This document shows, in pieces, positions 49,485 to 58,940 of a stretch of 64,000 nucleotides of DNA. This stretch comes from Gemmatimonas sp. (GTDB lineage: Bacteria > Gemmatimonadota > Gemmatimonadetes > Gemmatimonadales > Gemmatimonadaceae), in contig JBDHVK010000001.1 in assembly GCA_039809645.1 (NCBI GenBank), forward strand, positions 32,802-96,801, given 5' to 3'. The translations under genes and the position numbers were made by a program. The notes below the pieces were generated by a model that ran no database searches, was not told where the DNA came from, and was given only the letters and a program-made list of their open reading frames with translations. Positions within the stretch are counted from its first letter, which is position 1; the number at the start of each line of letters is the position of its first letter.

Positions 49485-49928
49485 TTACTGCTTGATGATC
49501 CAGACCTTGATCTCGGGGTGCACATCGGCGTGGAGCCGGACGCCCACCTTGTACATGCCGAGCGCCTTGATCGGCTCGTTGAGCTCGATCTGACGCTTTT
49601 CCACCTTGAAGCCCTGGGCTTCGAGCTGGTGCGCAATGTCCGACGCCGTGACGGAGCCGAAGAGCTTGCCCTCTTCACCCACACGCGCGGCGAAGGTCAC
49701 GGAGACCTCGGCGAGCTTGTCGGCGACGGCCTGCGCGGCCGCGATCTTTTCCTGCTCGAGCGCCTCGAGGCGGCTCTTCTCGAGCGCGATGCGCTTGCGG
49801 TTGCCCGGCGTCGCCTCATAGGCGAAGCCGCGCGGCAGGAGGAAGTTGCGGGCATAGCCCGGCGACACGGAGACGATGTCACCAGGATGTCCGAGCTTGT
49901 CCACGGCACTGCGAAGAATGACTTCCAT
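49485..49928 (-). CDS. rplI: 50S ribosomal protein L9
   Basis: MEVILRSAVDKLGHPGDIVSVSPGYARNFLLPRGFA is the canonical L9 N-terminus. 147 aa. Confidence 0.97.
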   Translation of the reverse strand: MEVILRSAVDKLGHPGDIVSVSPGYARNFLLPRGFAYEATPGNRKRIALEKSRLEALEQEKIAAAQAVADKLAEVSVTFAARVGEEGKLFGSVTASDIAHQLEAQGFKVEKRQIELNEPIKALGMYKVGVRLHADVHPEIKVWIIKQ

Positions 49929-49969
49929 GGGAACTCCGGTCGAACGGATGAAAGGAATCGAGAACGTTG

Positions 49970-51136
49970 TCAGGGCGACGACGGCCGGCGCGAGGAAGCG
50001 CCCGCCCGGAAGTCGCGCCAGGTGTCACCCAGCCCGAGCGTGAAGGTGACCGCCGCCAGCGCGACGAGCACCCACACCGGCCCGAGAACCGGGACCAGCA
50101 CCGCCAACGCGAGCAGCACCCACAGCGCCGCCCGGTCGGGGATCCACCAGGTCAGGACACCGGCGCCCCGCAGGGCGTACAACGTCCCGAAGAAACAGGT
50201 CAGGTTGAGCCCGATGTCACGCCACTCCACCAAGGTGGGCAGCAGCAGAATCGTCGTGCCCGTGACCAGGCCCCACACCAGCTGATCGTTGAAGCGGAGG
50301 TTCCGCAGCTCGCCGAGCGGCGGACCAATCCGCGCCCGCGCCAGCCGATGGTACGCCGCCCATCCGAGCGCGAGCGCTACCAGCGATTCCAGCGCCAGCA
50401 GCGTCGGCGCGAGTCGAACCAACGCGCCCGGCTGCAGGCCACCAACCGCCTCGATCGCGGCGACCGGCTCCCCCAACTGCACCAGCATGGTTTCCAACCG
50501 CGTGGCCCGATCGGCCGCCTCGGGGAAGCGGGACGTGAACCGCTGCCACGACTCGGAGCCGGCCCGGCCATGCCACTCCTGCAGCGCCTCACCGAGGCGC
50601 TGCTGATACTCCCGGGTGAGCATCCGGGCGGGGCCATCGAAGGCACCGACGCCGGACGGCGCTCGCAGCGCGAGGCTGAGACTGGTCACCAGACCGGCCA
50701 CCGCCACGGCTCCAAGTGCCCGGGTGAGAAACGCCCGAGCCGGCGACGCCAGGCACACCAGCCCGAAGGCGGCACCCAGCGACACGGCCCATCCGCGGAC
50801 GAAGGCACCGTATCCCGCCATGGGGAGCGGCACCTTCCAGAGCACATAGGCCGCCGCAGCAGCCCACGTCAGTCCCATGAGAGACCGGCCCCCGGCCCAC
50901 CAGCCGACCACCGCGCAGGACGCGATGCCGACCAGCACCAGCAGGGCGAACTGTTCCACCGGAAGCAGGAGCCGCACCGTTCCGGCAAGCAGCGCGAGGG
51001 CAGGGGGCCAGGCCGGCGCTGCGGTCACGAGCACCATCAGCACCATGCCCAGCACGAACCACCGCCATCCACGCTCCTGCGGGGCCGCTCCTGACGGAGC
51101 GGTCGCGGCGGGTCCCGGCGCGACCGCTCCGGGCAT
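49970..51136 (-). CDS. Polytopic membrane protein (DUF2232/YybS-like by position between rpsR and rplI)
   Basis: 388-aa ORF with many hydrophobic helices, starting 2 nt after the rpsR stop. The family assignment rests on context only. Confidence 0.6.
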   Translation of the reverse strand: MPGAVAPGPAATAPSGAAPQERGWRWFVLGMVLMVLVTAAPAWPPALALLAGTVRLLLPVEQFALLVLVGIASCAVVGWWAGGRSLMGLTWAAAAAYVLWKVPLPMAGYGAFVRGWAVSLGAAFGLVCLASPARAFLTRALGAVAVAGLVTSLSLALRAPSGVGAFDGPARMLTREYQQRLGEALQEWHGRAGSESWQRFTSRFPEAADRATRLETMLVQLGEPVAAIEAVGGLQPGALVRLAPTLLALESLVALALGWAAYHRLARARIGPPLGELRNLRFNDQLVWGLVTGTTILLLPTLVEWRDIGLNLTCFFGTLYALRGAGVLTWWIPDRAALWVLLALAVLVPVLGPVWVLVALAAVTFTLGLGDTWRDFRAGASSRRPSSP

Positions 51137-51138
51137 AC

Positions 51139-51360
51139 TCAGCCCGTCTGCCCCTTCACGTACGGCAGCAGCGCGAGGTAGCGCGCCTTCTTCACAGCCT
51201 TCGAGAGCTGACGCTGATGGCGCGCGTCAACACCGCTCAGACGGCTCGGCAGGATCTTGCCGTAGTCCGTGATGAAGCGGGCGAGCAGGCGATCATCCTT
51301 GTAATCGACGTAGCGGATACCCGCTTCCGTGATCGGGCAGGGCTTCTTCTGGCGGCGCAT
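51139..51360 (-). CDS. rpsR: 30S ribosomal protein S18
   Basis: [60 protein letters not shown]. Confidence 0.97.
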   Translation of the reverse strand: MRRQKKPCPITEAGIRYVDYKDDRLLARFITDYGKILPSRLSGVDARHQRQLSKAVKKARYLALLPYVKGQTG

Positions 51361-51363
51361 GGG

Positions 51364-51756
51364 TTAATCCTCGTCGTCGTCGTCGTCATCGCCCGCGCGA
51401 CGGCGCGAGGCGAGTTCTTCATCGCTGAGCTTCGGCGCACCGAGCTCGTGCTCATACAGCGTCACCATGTAGCGCACGACGCTGTCGTCGAGCTTGAGCG
51501 CACGCTCGAACTCGGGGAGCACCGCGGGCGCGCAGGTGAACAGGCTGATGACGTAGTAGCCGCTCTCGTGGCGGCCAATCTTGTACGCGAGCTGACGACG
51601 GCCCCAGTGCTCGATGGTCGCCGGTTCGGCGAGCGAGAGCAGGCCCTGCAGCTTCTCGAGCTTGTCGACAATCGCCTGGTCTTCCAGTGCGCTGTCGAAG
51701 ATGTACACGGCTTCGTACCGCCGCGTAGGATTACGGCGGATCTTGAGCTTTGCCAC
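51364..51756 (-). CDS. rpsF: 30S ribosomal protein S6 with poly-Asp C-terminal tail
   Basis: Start at GTG 51756 with GGGAGG upstream. RRYEAVYIFDSAL...WGRRQLAYKI. The C-terminus is DDDDDDED. There is no ssb gene between rpsF and rpsR. Confidence 0.9.
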   Translation of the reverse strand: MAKLKIRRNPTRRYEAVYIFDSALEDQAIVDKLEKLQGLLSLAEPATIEHWGRRQLAYKIGRHESGYYVISLFTCAPAVLPEFERALKLDDSVVRYMVTLYEHELGAPKLSDEELASRRRAGDDDDDDED

Positions 51757-51883
51757 TCGGCAATCCTCCCTATGGTCTGAGATGCCACCCGCAGTGCCGA
51801 TCCGCGGGCGGAGGGTCAGGGGATCGGCGAGCCGATCCGGATGAGCCTTGAAACGTATCAGGGCCGGGGTCCCGCGCCAACCC

Positions 51884-51965
51884 CACCCAGAACCCACGAC
51901 CTAAAGCCCGAAACCCTGAACCGATCGGTTCTGGGTTTCGGGTTCTTGGTGGTGGGTTTTGGGTA
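51884..51965. repeat. Imperfect palindromic element, copy A (about 82 bp, GGGTTTCGGGTT core)
   Basis: Centred on GAACCGATCGGTTC (51918-51931). About 33 of 41 arm positions are complementary. Located between divergent rpsF and the SRAP gene. Confidence 0.8.
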
Positions 51966-51974
51966 GAATTCGGT

Positions 51975-52658
51975 ATGTGCGGCCGCTACGGTTTCGGTAA
52001 CCCCGCCCGTCTGGGCACCCTCCCGTTGGGGATCCCCCTTGGGGTCGAGCTTCCGGCGCTCGGCGCCCGGTACAATGTGGCCCCCTCGCAGGCGGTCCCC
52101 TTCGTGCTGCAGGACCGGGAGGGACGACGGGCGGAGCTCGTGAAGTGGGGGCTCGTACCGTTCTGGGCGGATGATCCCTCGATCGGCAACCGGCTGGCCA
52201 ATGCCCGATCGGACTCGGTGGCCGCGAAGCCCTCGTTCCGGAACGCCTTCAAGAGCCGGCGAGGCCTCATGCTGGCCGACCTGTTCTACGAATGGCAGCT
52301 GCTCCCGGGGCAGAAGGTCAAGCAGCCGTGGTGCATCCGGTTGGCGGAGGACGCCCCGTTTGCGATGGCGGCGCTCTGGGAGCGATGGACGCCCAAGGCC
52401 ACGCCGGAGGTTGAGCCGCTGACCACCTGCTGCGTCATCACCACCGACGCGAATGCCGTCATGGCACCCATTCACGACCGCATGCCGGTCATCCTGCACG
52501 AGGCCGACTACGACGCGTGGCTCGACCCGAAGACCCCGCCGGCCGTGGCGCAGGCGCTGCTCAAACCCTTCGACGGCGCGATGCGCGCGTACGCGGTGAG
52601 CACGGTGGTGAACAAGCCGGGCAACGACGGCCCCGGATGCATCGAGCCCCTGGCGTAG
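51975..52658 (+). CDS. SOS response-associated peptidase (SRAP/YedK family, abasic-site crosslinking)
   Basis: N-terminal MCGRY catalytic Cys2 hallmark, followed by RYNVAPSQ, WGLVPFW and PMPVIL-type (DRMPVIL) motifs. Confidence 0.9.
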   Translation: MCGRYGFGNPARLGTLPLGIPLGVELPALGARYNVAPSQAVPFVLQDREGRRAELVKWGLVPFWADDPSIGNRLANARSDSVAAKPSFRNAFKSRRGLMLADLFYEWQLLPGQKVKQPWCIRLAEDAPFAMAALWERWTPKATPEVEPLTTCCVITTDANAVMAPIHDRMPVILHEADYDAWLDPKTPPAVAQALLKPFDGAMRAYAVSTVVNKPGNDGPGCIEPLA

Positions 52659-52661
52659 GGC

Positions 52662-53465
52662 CTACTTCGTGCCCTTCGCGCCCTTGAGGTAGAGGTTGAG
52701 GCTCCCGATCGAGAGCTTCGACTTCATCTGCACCATGAGATGCCGGTCGTCGTCGGTGATCCAGACTTCGGCCTTCCCGTTCTGCGAGAAGATCCCCTTC
52801 GACTGAAAGGTCGGCTGCAGCACGACCGTCTGGAACGTGCCGGCCGGAACGGAAATCGTTTCGCGGCGCAGCACCCGGATGCGCACGGGATTGCCGTCCT
52901 TCTTGAAGTAGCGCTCGTACTCGTACGTCTGCCCCACCTCGAGCGGAATCGTCCGCACGAAGTACAGGAACGACCCTTCGTCGAGCGGGCTCGTGACGGT
53001 GGGCTCCTCGGGCTTGTCGCCGTCCCGGAGCACCCCACGCTCGGGGAAGATCTCATAGCGCCGCTTCCGCTCGTAGCTCCCCTCGTCGATATCCTGATGG
53101 TAGCGCAGCGAGTTGAGCGTCACGACGTCGAACCACGACTCGTACGTGTCGTTCACGCGATACAGCGGAATGCCGCCGTTGATGCGGAACATCGTGTGCC
53201 AGGTCGTCTTGCCCCGCACGTCGGTGATTTCCTTCACCTCCATGCTGCCATTGCCGACCTTGATCGACCCGAACTTGACGTCGTAGTCGAGCCGCTCGCC
53301 CACCGTGAACGGCACCTTGGCGGCGTCGGCGGGGAGGCGCACTTCGGTGGCCTGCGCGTTCGCGAGTGCCTGGGCCTGCAAGCCGCGGATGGCCGTCGCG
53401 CCCGTCAGAGGGGCGGCCGCCAGCACGCCAACGAGCAGGCGACGCAACAGGGTGAGGGGACGCAT
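52662..53465 (-). CDS. Secreted DUF3108-like protein
   Basis: Signal peptide, then GERLDYDVKFGSIKVGNGSMEV..., a beta-rich pattern resembling DUF3108. Family assignment is tentative. Confidence 0.6.
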   Translation of the reverse strand: MRPLTLLRRLLVGVLAAAPLTGATAIRGLQAQALANAQATEVRLPADAAKVPFTVGERLDYDVKFGSIKVGNGSMEVKEITDVRGKTTWHTMFRINGGIPLYRVNDTYESWFDVVTLNSLRYHQDIDEGSYERKRRYEIFPERGVLRDGDKPEEPTVTSPLDEGSFLYFVRTIPLEVGQTYEYERYFKKDGNPVRIRVLRRETISVPAGTFQTVVLQPTFQSKGIFSQNGKAEVWITDDDRHLMVQMKSKLSIGSLNLYLKGAKGTK

Positions 53466-53520
53466 GCGCCAATCTTACCCGGCGGATGCCAAAAAGATCA
53501 TCAGCCGGGTGGGCCTCAGC

Positions 53521-54621
53521 TCAGACGTTGAACCGGAAGAGCAGCACGTCGCCGTCCTGCACCACGTATTCCTTGCCCTCCGACCGGACCACGCCCTTCT
53601 CCTTGGCCCCCTTCCAGCCGCCGTGCGTCACGAAATCGCCGTAGGCCACGGTCTCGGCACGGATGAACCCCTTCTCGAAGTCGGTGTGGATCACACCGGC
53701 TGCCTTCGGGGCCGTGTCGCCATGATGGATGGTCCAGGCGCGCACTTCCTGCTCGCCGGCCGTGAAGTAGGTCTCGAGGCCGAGCAGGTGGTAACCCGCA
53801 CGGATCAGACGATCGAGCCCGGCGCTTTCGATGCCGAGCGACGCGAGGAATTCCTTACGCTCCTCAGGGGGCAGCTCGGCGAGCTCCGACTCGATCTTGG
53901 CCGAGAAGGGCACTACCTCCGCATGCTCGCCACCGGCCGCCACCGCCGCGCGGAGCGCCGTGAGGTACGCCCCCTCGTCGCCCGACAGCTCGGCATCGGT
54001 CACGTTCGCCGCGTACAGCACCGGCTTGGCGGTGAGCAGCTGCAGGCCGGCAAGCTTCTCGAGCTGGTCGGCCGCGAGCCCCGCGCGCCAGAGTGGCTTC
54101 CCCTCGGAGAGCGCCGCATTGGCCGCCTCGAGCGCCGGCAACTCGGCCAGCGCCTCCTTGTCGTTTGCCTTCGCCGCGCGACGCGCCTTGTCGAGGCGCT
54201 TCTCCACCTGCGCGAGATCGGAGAGCGCGAGTTCGAGCTCGATGATCTCCTTGTCGCGCGCCGGATCGGGCTGCCCCATCACATGCGTCACGTCGTCATC
54301 CGCAAAGCAGCGGATCACGTGCACGATGGCGTCCGTCTCGCGGATGTTCTGCAGGAACTTGTTCCCGAGCCCTTCGCCCTGCGACGCGCCCTTCACGAGT
54401 CCCGCGATGTCCACGAACTGCACCACCGCCGGCACCGTGCGCTTCGGCTGCACGATCGCCGCGAGCGCTTCCATGCGCGGATCCGGCACCTCCACCATGC
54501 CGACGTTCGGCTCCACCGTGCAGAACGGATAGTTCGCCGCCTCCGCCTTGGCCGCGGTGAGCGCATTGAACAGCGTGGACTTGCCAACGTTGGGGAGGCC
54601 TACGATGCCGAGACGGAGCAT
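53521..54621 (-). CDS. ychF: Ribosome-binding ATPase YchF
   Basis: MLRLGIVGLPNVGKSTLFNALT, a C-terminal TGS-like region (RAWTI..GDTAPKAAGVIHTDFEKGFIRAE), and an ending of DGDVLLFRFNV. Confidence 0.97.
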   Translation of the reverse strand: MLRLGIVGLPNVGKSTLFNALTAAKAEAANYPFCTVEPNVGMVEVPDPRMEALAAIVQPKRTVPAVVQFVDIAGLVKGASQGEGLGNKFLQNIRETDAIVHVIRCFADDDVTHVMGQPDPARDKEIIELELALSDLAQVEKRLDKARRAAKANDKEALAELPALEAANAALSEGKPLWRAGLAADQLEKLAGLQLLTAKPVLYAANVTDAELSGDEGAYLTALRAAVAAGGEHAEVVPFSAKIESELAELPPEERKEFLASLGIESAGLDRLIRAGYHLLGLETYFTAGEQEVRAWTIHHGDTAPKAAGVIHTDFEKGFIRAETVAYGDFVTHGGWKGAKEKGVVRSEGKEYVVQDGDVLLFRFNV

Positions 54622-54656
54622 GACGAGACTATGAGAAGCCCTGACGGTCGTGGACA

Positions 54657-54704
54657 GAACCGATCAGTTCAGGGTTTCGGGTTTTTGGTCTTGGGTGGTG
54701 GGTG
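54657..54704. repeat. Palindromic element family, copy B (right arm only)
   Basis: GAACCGATCAGTTCAGGGTTTCGGGTTTTTGGTCTTGGGTGGTGGGTG matches the right arms of copies A and C. The left arm is not conserved. Located between divergent ychF and the four-helix-bundle gene. Confidence 0.7.
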
Positions 54705-54782
54705 CCCACCGAGCGCGTTGAAATGTAACGGGTTGCGTCGAAAGGATGACACCTCGTCGGACGAGGGATCCTATCCTGCGGT

Positions 54783-55181
54783 ATGCAAGACTTCAGGAAG
54801 CTTGAGGTGTGGCAGGAGGCGCAGGATTTCTCGGTAGCCATTCACGGCGCCACGAGTCGACTGCGCGGGGCCGAAGGGGCCGCGCTGCGAGGACAGCTGC
54901 GCCGTGCCGCCCTATCGATTGGCGCCAATATCGCCGAGGGTACGGGTACTGAGTCGCCAAGGCGATTCGCCGCGTTTCTGCAGAACGCGATTGCGTCCGC
55001 ATCCGAGGTTGAGAGCCACCTCGATGCGCTCGGGCGATTGGGCATGATACCCACGAGGCAGCTCGCCCAGCTGGCGACGGATGTCGTGCGCATACGCCGC
55101 CGGACTATCGCGCTGCGCAAGCGCGTCCTCGACGCAGGCAAACCCAATACCCAGGACCAAAAACCCGAAACCCAAGACTGA
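54783..55181 (+). CDS. Four-helix-bundle protein (TIGR02436-type, formerly called 23S rRNA intervening-sequence protein)
   Basis: FRKLEVWQEAQDFSVAI...QLRRAALSIGANIAEG...FLQNAIASASEVESHLD is the family hallmark. The last approx. 14 codons lie inside the left arm of repeat copy C. Confidence 0.85.
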   Translation: MQDFRKLEVWQEAQDFSVAIHGATSRLRGAEGAALRGQLRRAALSIGANIAEGTGTESPRRFAAFLQNAIASASEVESHLDALGRLGMIPTRQLAQLATDVVRIRRRTIALRKRVLDAGKPNTQDQKPETQD

Positions 55182-55222
55182 TCAGTTCTGGGTTCCGGGC
55201 TCTTGGTTGTGGGTTGTGGGCT
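55141..55222. repeat. Imperfect palindromic element, copy C (about 82 bp)
   Basis: Centred on CTGATCAG (55178-55185). The arms carry CCCGAAACCC and GGGTTCCGGG. It spans the 3' end of the four-helix-bundle gene and the gap to the convergent M28 peptidase stop. Confidence 0.8.
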
Positions 55223-55225
55223 TTC

Positions 55226-56962
55226 CTACTGCTTGCAGCTCCCCTTCGGGTCCATCCTCGCCCCGTCCACCTTCGGTCGCGTCGCCGAGTTGCCGAGCGT
55301 CAGCGCAACGTCCGCGACCAGCTTCGTCACCTTCGTCATGTGCGCGTAATCGATATACTGCGGCTCATCCGTCAACTGATGGTACGCCGAGTGCCCACCG
55401 GTGGTGAAGAAGGTCACCGGGATGTTGTAGCGCGCGTACTCGTAGTGGTCGGAGCGGCAGTAGATGTTCATCGGATGGCCGTTCGCGTCCATGCCGTAGT
55501 CGAACGTCAGATTGTGCCCCTTCTCCCTGTTGACCTTCTCCACGAGATCGCCGAGTTCCGTGGACAGGCGACGCGAGCCGACGAGCTGCACGTAGTTCGG
55601 GCCACCGTGCAGCGACGCACCGTCCTTGCTCTTGCCGGTTTCGTCGCTGGCGGCGCCGCGGCCGACCATGTCCATGTTGAGCTGCGCGATGATCGAGTCG
55701 CGCGGGACCGTCGGATGATCGGTGAAGTACGCGGATCCCCAGAGGCCCTTCTCTTCGCCGACGTGCCAGACGAACAGGATCGAGCGCTTGGGCTTCGTGC
55801 CCAGCGACGACAGATACTCGGCGATCTCCTGCACCGCCACGGAACCGGAGCCGTCATCGTCGGCGCCGTTGAAGATCGAGTCGCGACGCGGCGCCTTCGT
55901 CTTGCGGATGGTGGCGAGCTCCTGATTGATCTGCGCCCACTGTTCGGCGGTGGGCATCTTCCCCTGATCTTCGGCGCCACCCGGACGGGCGACACGGTTG
56001 AGCACCAGGATCGAGTCGTGGTCCGCCGCGCGTCGTGCGACGCCGACGTGATCGCTGTGTGCGCCGATGGCGACGTAGCTGTTGCGCAGCGCCGGATCGC
56101 TCCCCGGCAGAATCGCCACCACGTTGCGCGCCTGGAAGGGCGACGGCGAGACGGCGACCTTCGCGTTCACCGTCAGGGCATTGCCGACCGCACCGACGGT
56201 GAGCTCGTTGACCTGCTTGCCAAAGAGCTTGGGCATCGCGGCCGCGAGCACGAAGACGCGTGATTCGTCGCCCGAGGCGTTGTCATCGACGAACGCGCCA
56301 CTGCCCATGATGAAGCCGAAGACGCCGACGGCCTGCGGCGGCAGGATGACGATCATGCCCTTTGCTCCGGCGGGGAGCAGGTTCTTGCCCTGCAGGGCAA
56401 GCTCCAACCCGGCCTGCGAGAGTGGCATCGTGAATGCCACCACCTTGCCGGCCGCCTGGTCGGCGCTGAGCGCATGCTTGCCGAGTTCACCGCCGAAGAC
56501 CATCGGCGCACTGCTCCAGGCGATGTTCTTCGCGCCGCTGAAGCCCCACTCGGTGCGCAGCTTGAGCGACTCGGTGCCGACCAGGAAGGTGGACGTGGAG
56601 TCGACCGCCTTGTTCTTGAGCGGCAGCACCTGGAAGTACGTGCCATTCTCGCCAGCGGGCTTGAGCCCGAGGCGCTCGGCCTCGCGCGCGAGCAACGCCG
56701 TGGCTTTGTAGCTCCCTTCGGTGCCGGCGTCGCGCCCCATCAGCGAGTCATCGGCAAAGACGTACAGGCGCGACATGAGGTCGCCGGCCGAGATCGCGCC
56801 GCTGGTGGGCTTGGGCGCGTACTTGAGCGGCAGCGCGCCGGGCGCCGGCACGTCGGAGGCCGTCTTGGCGCCCGTGGCACCGGAGGCGCAGGCCGCCAGC
56901 ACGGCGGGCAGCGCGAGAAGCAGCGCGCGATCGGTCGCGCGACGAACCGGGAAGCGAAGCAT
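55226..56962 (-). CDS. M28 family aminopeptidase lipoprotein with PA domain
   Basis: Start at ATG 56962 gives the lipobox LAAC. Zinc-ligand motifs IGAHSDHVG, GADDDGSGS, HVGEEKGLWGS and a late CRSDHY. Confidence 0.85.
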   Translation of the reverse strand: MLRFPVRRATDRALLLALPAVLAACASGATGAKTASDVPAPGALPLKYAPKPTSGAISAGDLMSRLYVFADDSLMGRDAGTEGSYKATALLAREAERLGLKPAGENGTYFQVLPLKNKAVDSTSTFLVGTESLKLRTEWGFSGAKNIAWSSAPMVFGGELGKHALSADQAAGKVVAFTMPLSQAGLELALQGKNLLPAGAKGMIVILPPQAVGVFGFIMGSGAFVDDNASGDESRVFVLAAAMPKLFGKQVNELTVGAVGNALTVNAKVAVSPSPFQARNVVAILPGSDPALRNSYVAIGAHSDHVGVARRAADHDSILVLNRVARPGGAEDQGKMPTAEQWAQINQELATIRKTKAPRRDSIFNGADDDGSGSVAVQEIAEYLSSLGTKPKRSILFVWHVGEEKGLWGSAYFTDHPTVPRDSIIAQLNMDMVGRGAASDETGKSKDGASLHGGPNYVQLVGSRRLSTELGDLVEKVNREKGHNLTFDYGMDANGHPMNIYCRSDHYEYARYNIPVTFFTTGGHSAYHQLTDEPQYIDYAHMTKVTKLVADVALTLGNSATRPKVDGARMDPKGSCKQ

Positions 56963-57003
56963 TGATGTCGGTAGCGAAGTGAAGAACGAGTGGAGCAGGC
57001 AGG

Positions 57004-58236
57004 TCAGTACAGCGTGAGCCGCCCGACGTGCACGGCGAGTGACGGCGTGGTGGTGGTCCACGCCGCGTACAGCGTGTCCGCCACCCGCGCGAGGCGCGGA
57101 AAGCCGCTCGGACGGGCTCCCGACGTCTGCGCGAGCACGTGGGTTTCACGGGCCGTGAGTTGCGCGCCCTTGGGGCGAATGCGACGGGCCAACACCTCGG
57201 CCACCTGATTGGTGCGCTGCTCGAGCCAGGCCACGATGGGATGCCCCTTGGCGTCCAGTACCAGCGACACCCGTCCGAGCGGCGTCCCTTCATCGACACG
57301 CAGCGGCGGGCCGAAGGTTGCCCCGCCGTCGGTGGATCGCGCGAGATTGACGCGATTCGTGTCGCGCGCACCGGTGAACCACGCGACGTACACCGTGTCA
57401 CCAATCGCCGCGACCTGCGGGCCGTTCACCGGACAGCCCGGGTAGTGCCAGCCGTCGTCGTGCACCTTCACGGGGGCACTCCAGCCGGTCGCCGTTTCGC
57501 GCACCACGGCGATGTCCCGGATCTCTTCTGGACTGCGATCACGGTAGACGATGACGCGACCGCTCGCCGCCGAGGCCGTGCCCGTCTGGCAGCAGTCGCA
57601 GCTGCGGGCATCGAGCACCGCCTCGCGTTCGAGCGTGCCGTTCGCCCGCAGTCGCGCGGTGCGAATGGTCATCTCCTTCGCGGAGTCCTGCATCGCACTC
57701 TTGCGGCCGTCGAGCCACACGAGCCCGAGACCATCGGTCCCATCGGGCCAAAGCGACACGAAGCCATGCTCGGCGGCGAGCCCGTCGGTGTGGGGCACGA
57801 TCGGCGCGCTCCAGCTGCGGCCGCCATCGGCCGAGCGCACCACGCGCACGCCGTACGCGTACTTCCCGTCACCATCGCGCTCGAGCCAGTGCGCGGCGAG
57901 ATCGCCGTTGGCGAGCGAGGTGATGGCGGGGAAGTCGGCCCAATTCACGAAGAACGGCCGCGCGTGGGCGATCGTGCGCGTGGAATCCCACGCGGTGCCG
58001 TTCCACACGGCGGCGTGAATCGCGACCGTGGAGTCGGGGCGACGCTGCGTCCAGGAGAGCAGCAGTTCGCGATCGTTGCGCACGGCCACGAACGGCGTGC
58101 TGCTGCCGGGCTGCGCCGGCACCGTGAGTTCGGTCAGCGGGCCCATCGACGCCGTTGCGCGAACATCCCCGCCGGTCGAGCAGGCGGACGTCGCCACGAT
58201 GGTACCCAACAGCAATGCCACACCAGCCTGCGTCAT
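57004..58236 (-). CDS. BNR/sialidase-like beta-propeller lipoprotein
   Basis: Lipobox TSAC. BNR (Asp-box) repeats SADGGRSW and STDGGATF. Repeated propeller-like strands. Confidence 0.65.
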   Translation of the reverse strand: MTQAGVALLLGTIVATSACSTGGDVRATASMGPLTELTVPAQPGSSTPFVAVRNDRELLLSWTQRRPDSTVAIHAAVWNGTAWDSTRTIAHARPFFVNWADFPAITSLANGDLAAHWLERDGDGKYAYGVRVVRSADGGRSWSAPIVPHTDGLAAEHGFVSLWPDGTDGLGLVWLDGRKSAMQDSAKEMTIRTARLRANGTLEREAVLDARSCDCCQTGTASAASGRVIVYRDRSPEEIRDIAVVRETATGWSAPVKVHDDGWHYPGCPVNGPQVAAIGDTVYVAWFTGARDTNRVNLARSTDGGATFGPPLRVDEGTPLGRVSLVLDAKGHPIVAWLEQRTNQVAEVLARRIRPKGAQLTARETHVLAQTSGARPSGFPRLARVADTLYAAWTTTTPSLAVHVGRLTLY

Positions 58237-58238
58237 GA

Positions 58239-58811
58239 TCAGCGCCCCATGGAGCTCACGGCTTTGTCGGTGCCTTCAGCGATCCACAATTCAACCGCCG
58301 CGGTCATGCGGTCGTACAGCCCCTCGACCAGATCCCGTTCGTCCCTGGGCATGGCGTGGAGGACAAAATCGGCGAGGTCACCGATCTGCCGACGCTCGTC
58401 CACTGGCTTGATGCCAATGCGAAGCCGCGGGTACTGCGGGCTCTTGAGGTGGGCCTCGATGCTCTTGAGGCCGTTGTGGCCGCCAGGGCTGCCGTGCGGC
58501 TTGAAGCGGTACTCGCCGCAGGGCACGGCGACTTCGTCCACCAGCACGAGCAGGTCCTGCGCCGCGGCCCACCCCTCGCGCTTGAGGTAGGGGCGGAGCA
58601 CCTGACCGCTCAGGTTCATGTACGTCTGCGGCTTGACGAGCTTGACCTTCTTCGTGCCCACGAGGCCGGTGCAGGTGAGGGCGTCGCCGTCCTTCTTCCA
58701 CCCGTCAAACTGCCAGCGGCGGTGCAGGTGATCGAGCAACCACCAGCCGACGTTGTGCCGCGTGTGCTCATACTCGCGACCCGGGTTGCCGAGTCCGACA
58801 ATGACTTTCAT
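58239..58811 (-). CDS. pth: Peptidyl-tRNA hydrolase
   Basis: Start at ATG 58811. MKVIVGLGNPGREYEHTRHNVGW...GGHNGLKS. Confidence 0.95.
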   Translation of the reverse strand: MKVIVGLGNPGREYEHTRHNVGWWLLDHLHRRWQFDGWKKDGDALTCTGLVGTKKVKLVKPQTYMNLSGQVLRPYLKREGWAAAQDLLVLVDEVAVPCGEYRFKPHGSPGGHNGLKSIEAHLKSPQYPRLRIGIKPVDERRQIGDLADFVLHAMPRDERDLVEGLYDRMTAAVELWIAEGTDKAVSSMGR

Positions 58812-58879
58812 ACGCAGGGGAAGGCGCGCGGGGCGCGGAACGCGCCAGCGTGGGGTGACCATAGGGCCAAAGCGATCAA

Positions 58880-58924
58880 GGGGTCAGAGTCGTTGAAACC
58901 GCCGGTTTCAACGACTCTGACCCC
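58880..58924. repeat. Perfect 21-bp-stem hairpin between ctc and pth
   Basis: GGGGTCAGAGTCGTTGAAACC (58880-58900), a 3-nt loop, then GGTTTCAACGACTCTGACCCC (58904-58924). It lies 16 nt after the ctc stop. There is no U-tract on the minus strand. Confidence 0.85.
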
Positions 58925-58940
58925 TTGAGTGCGCCGACGA

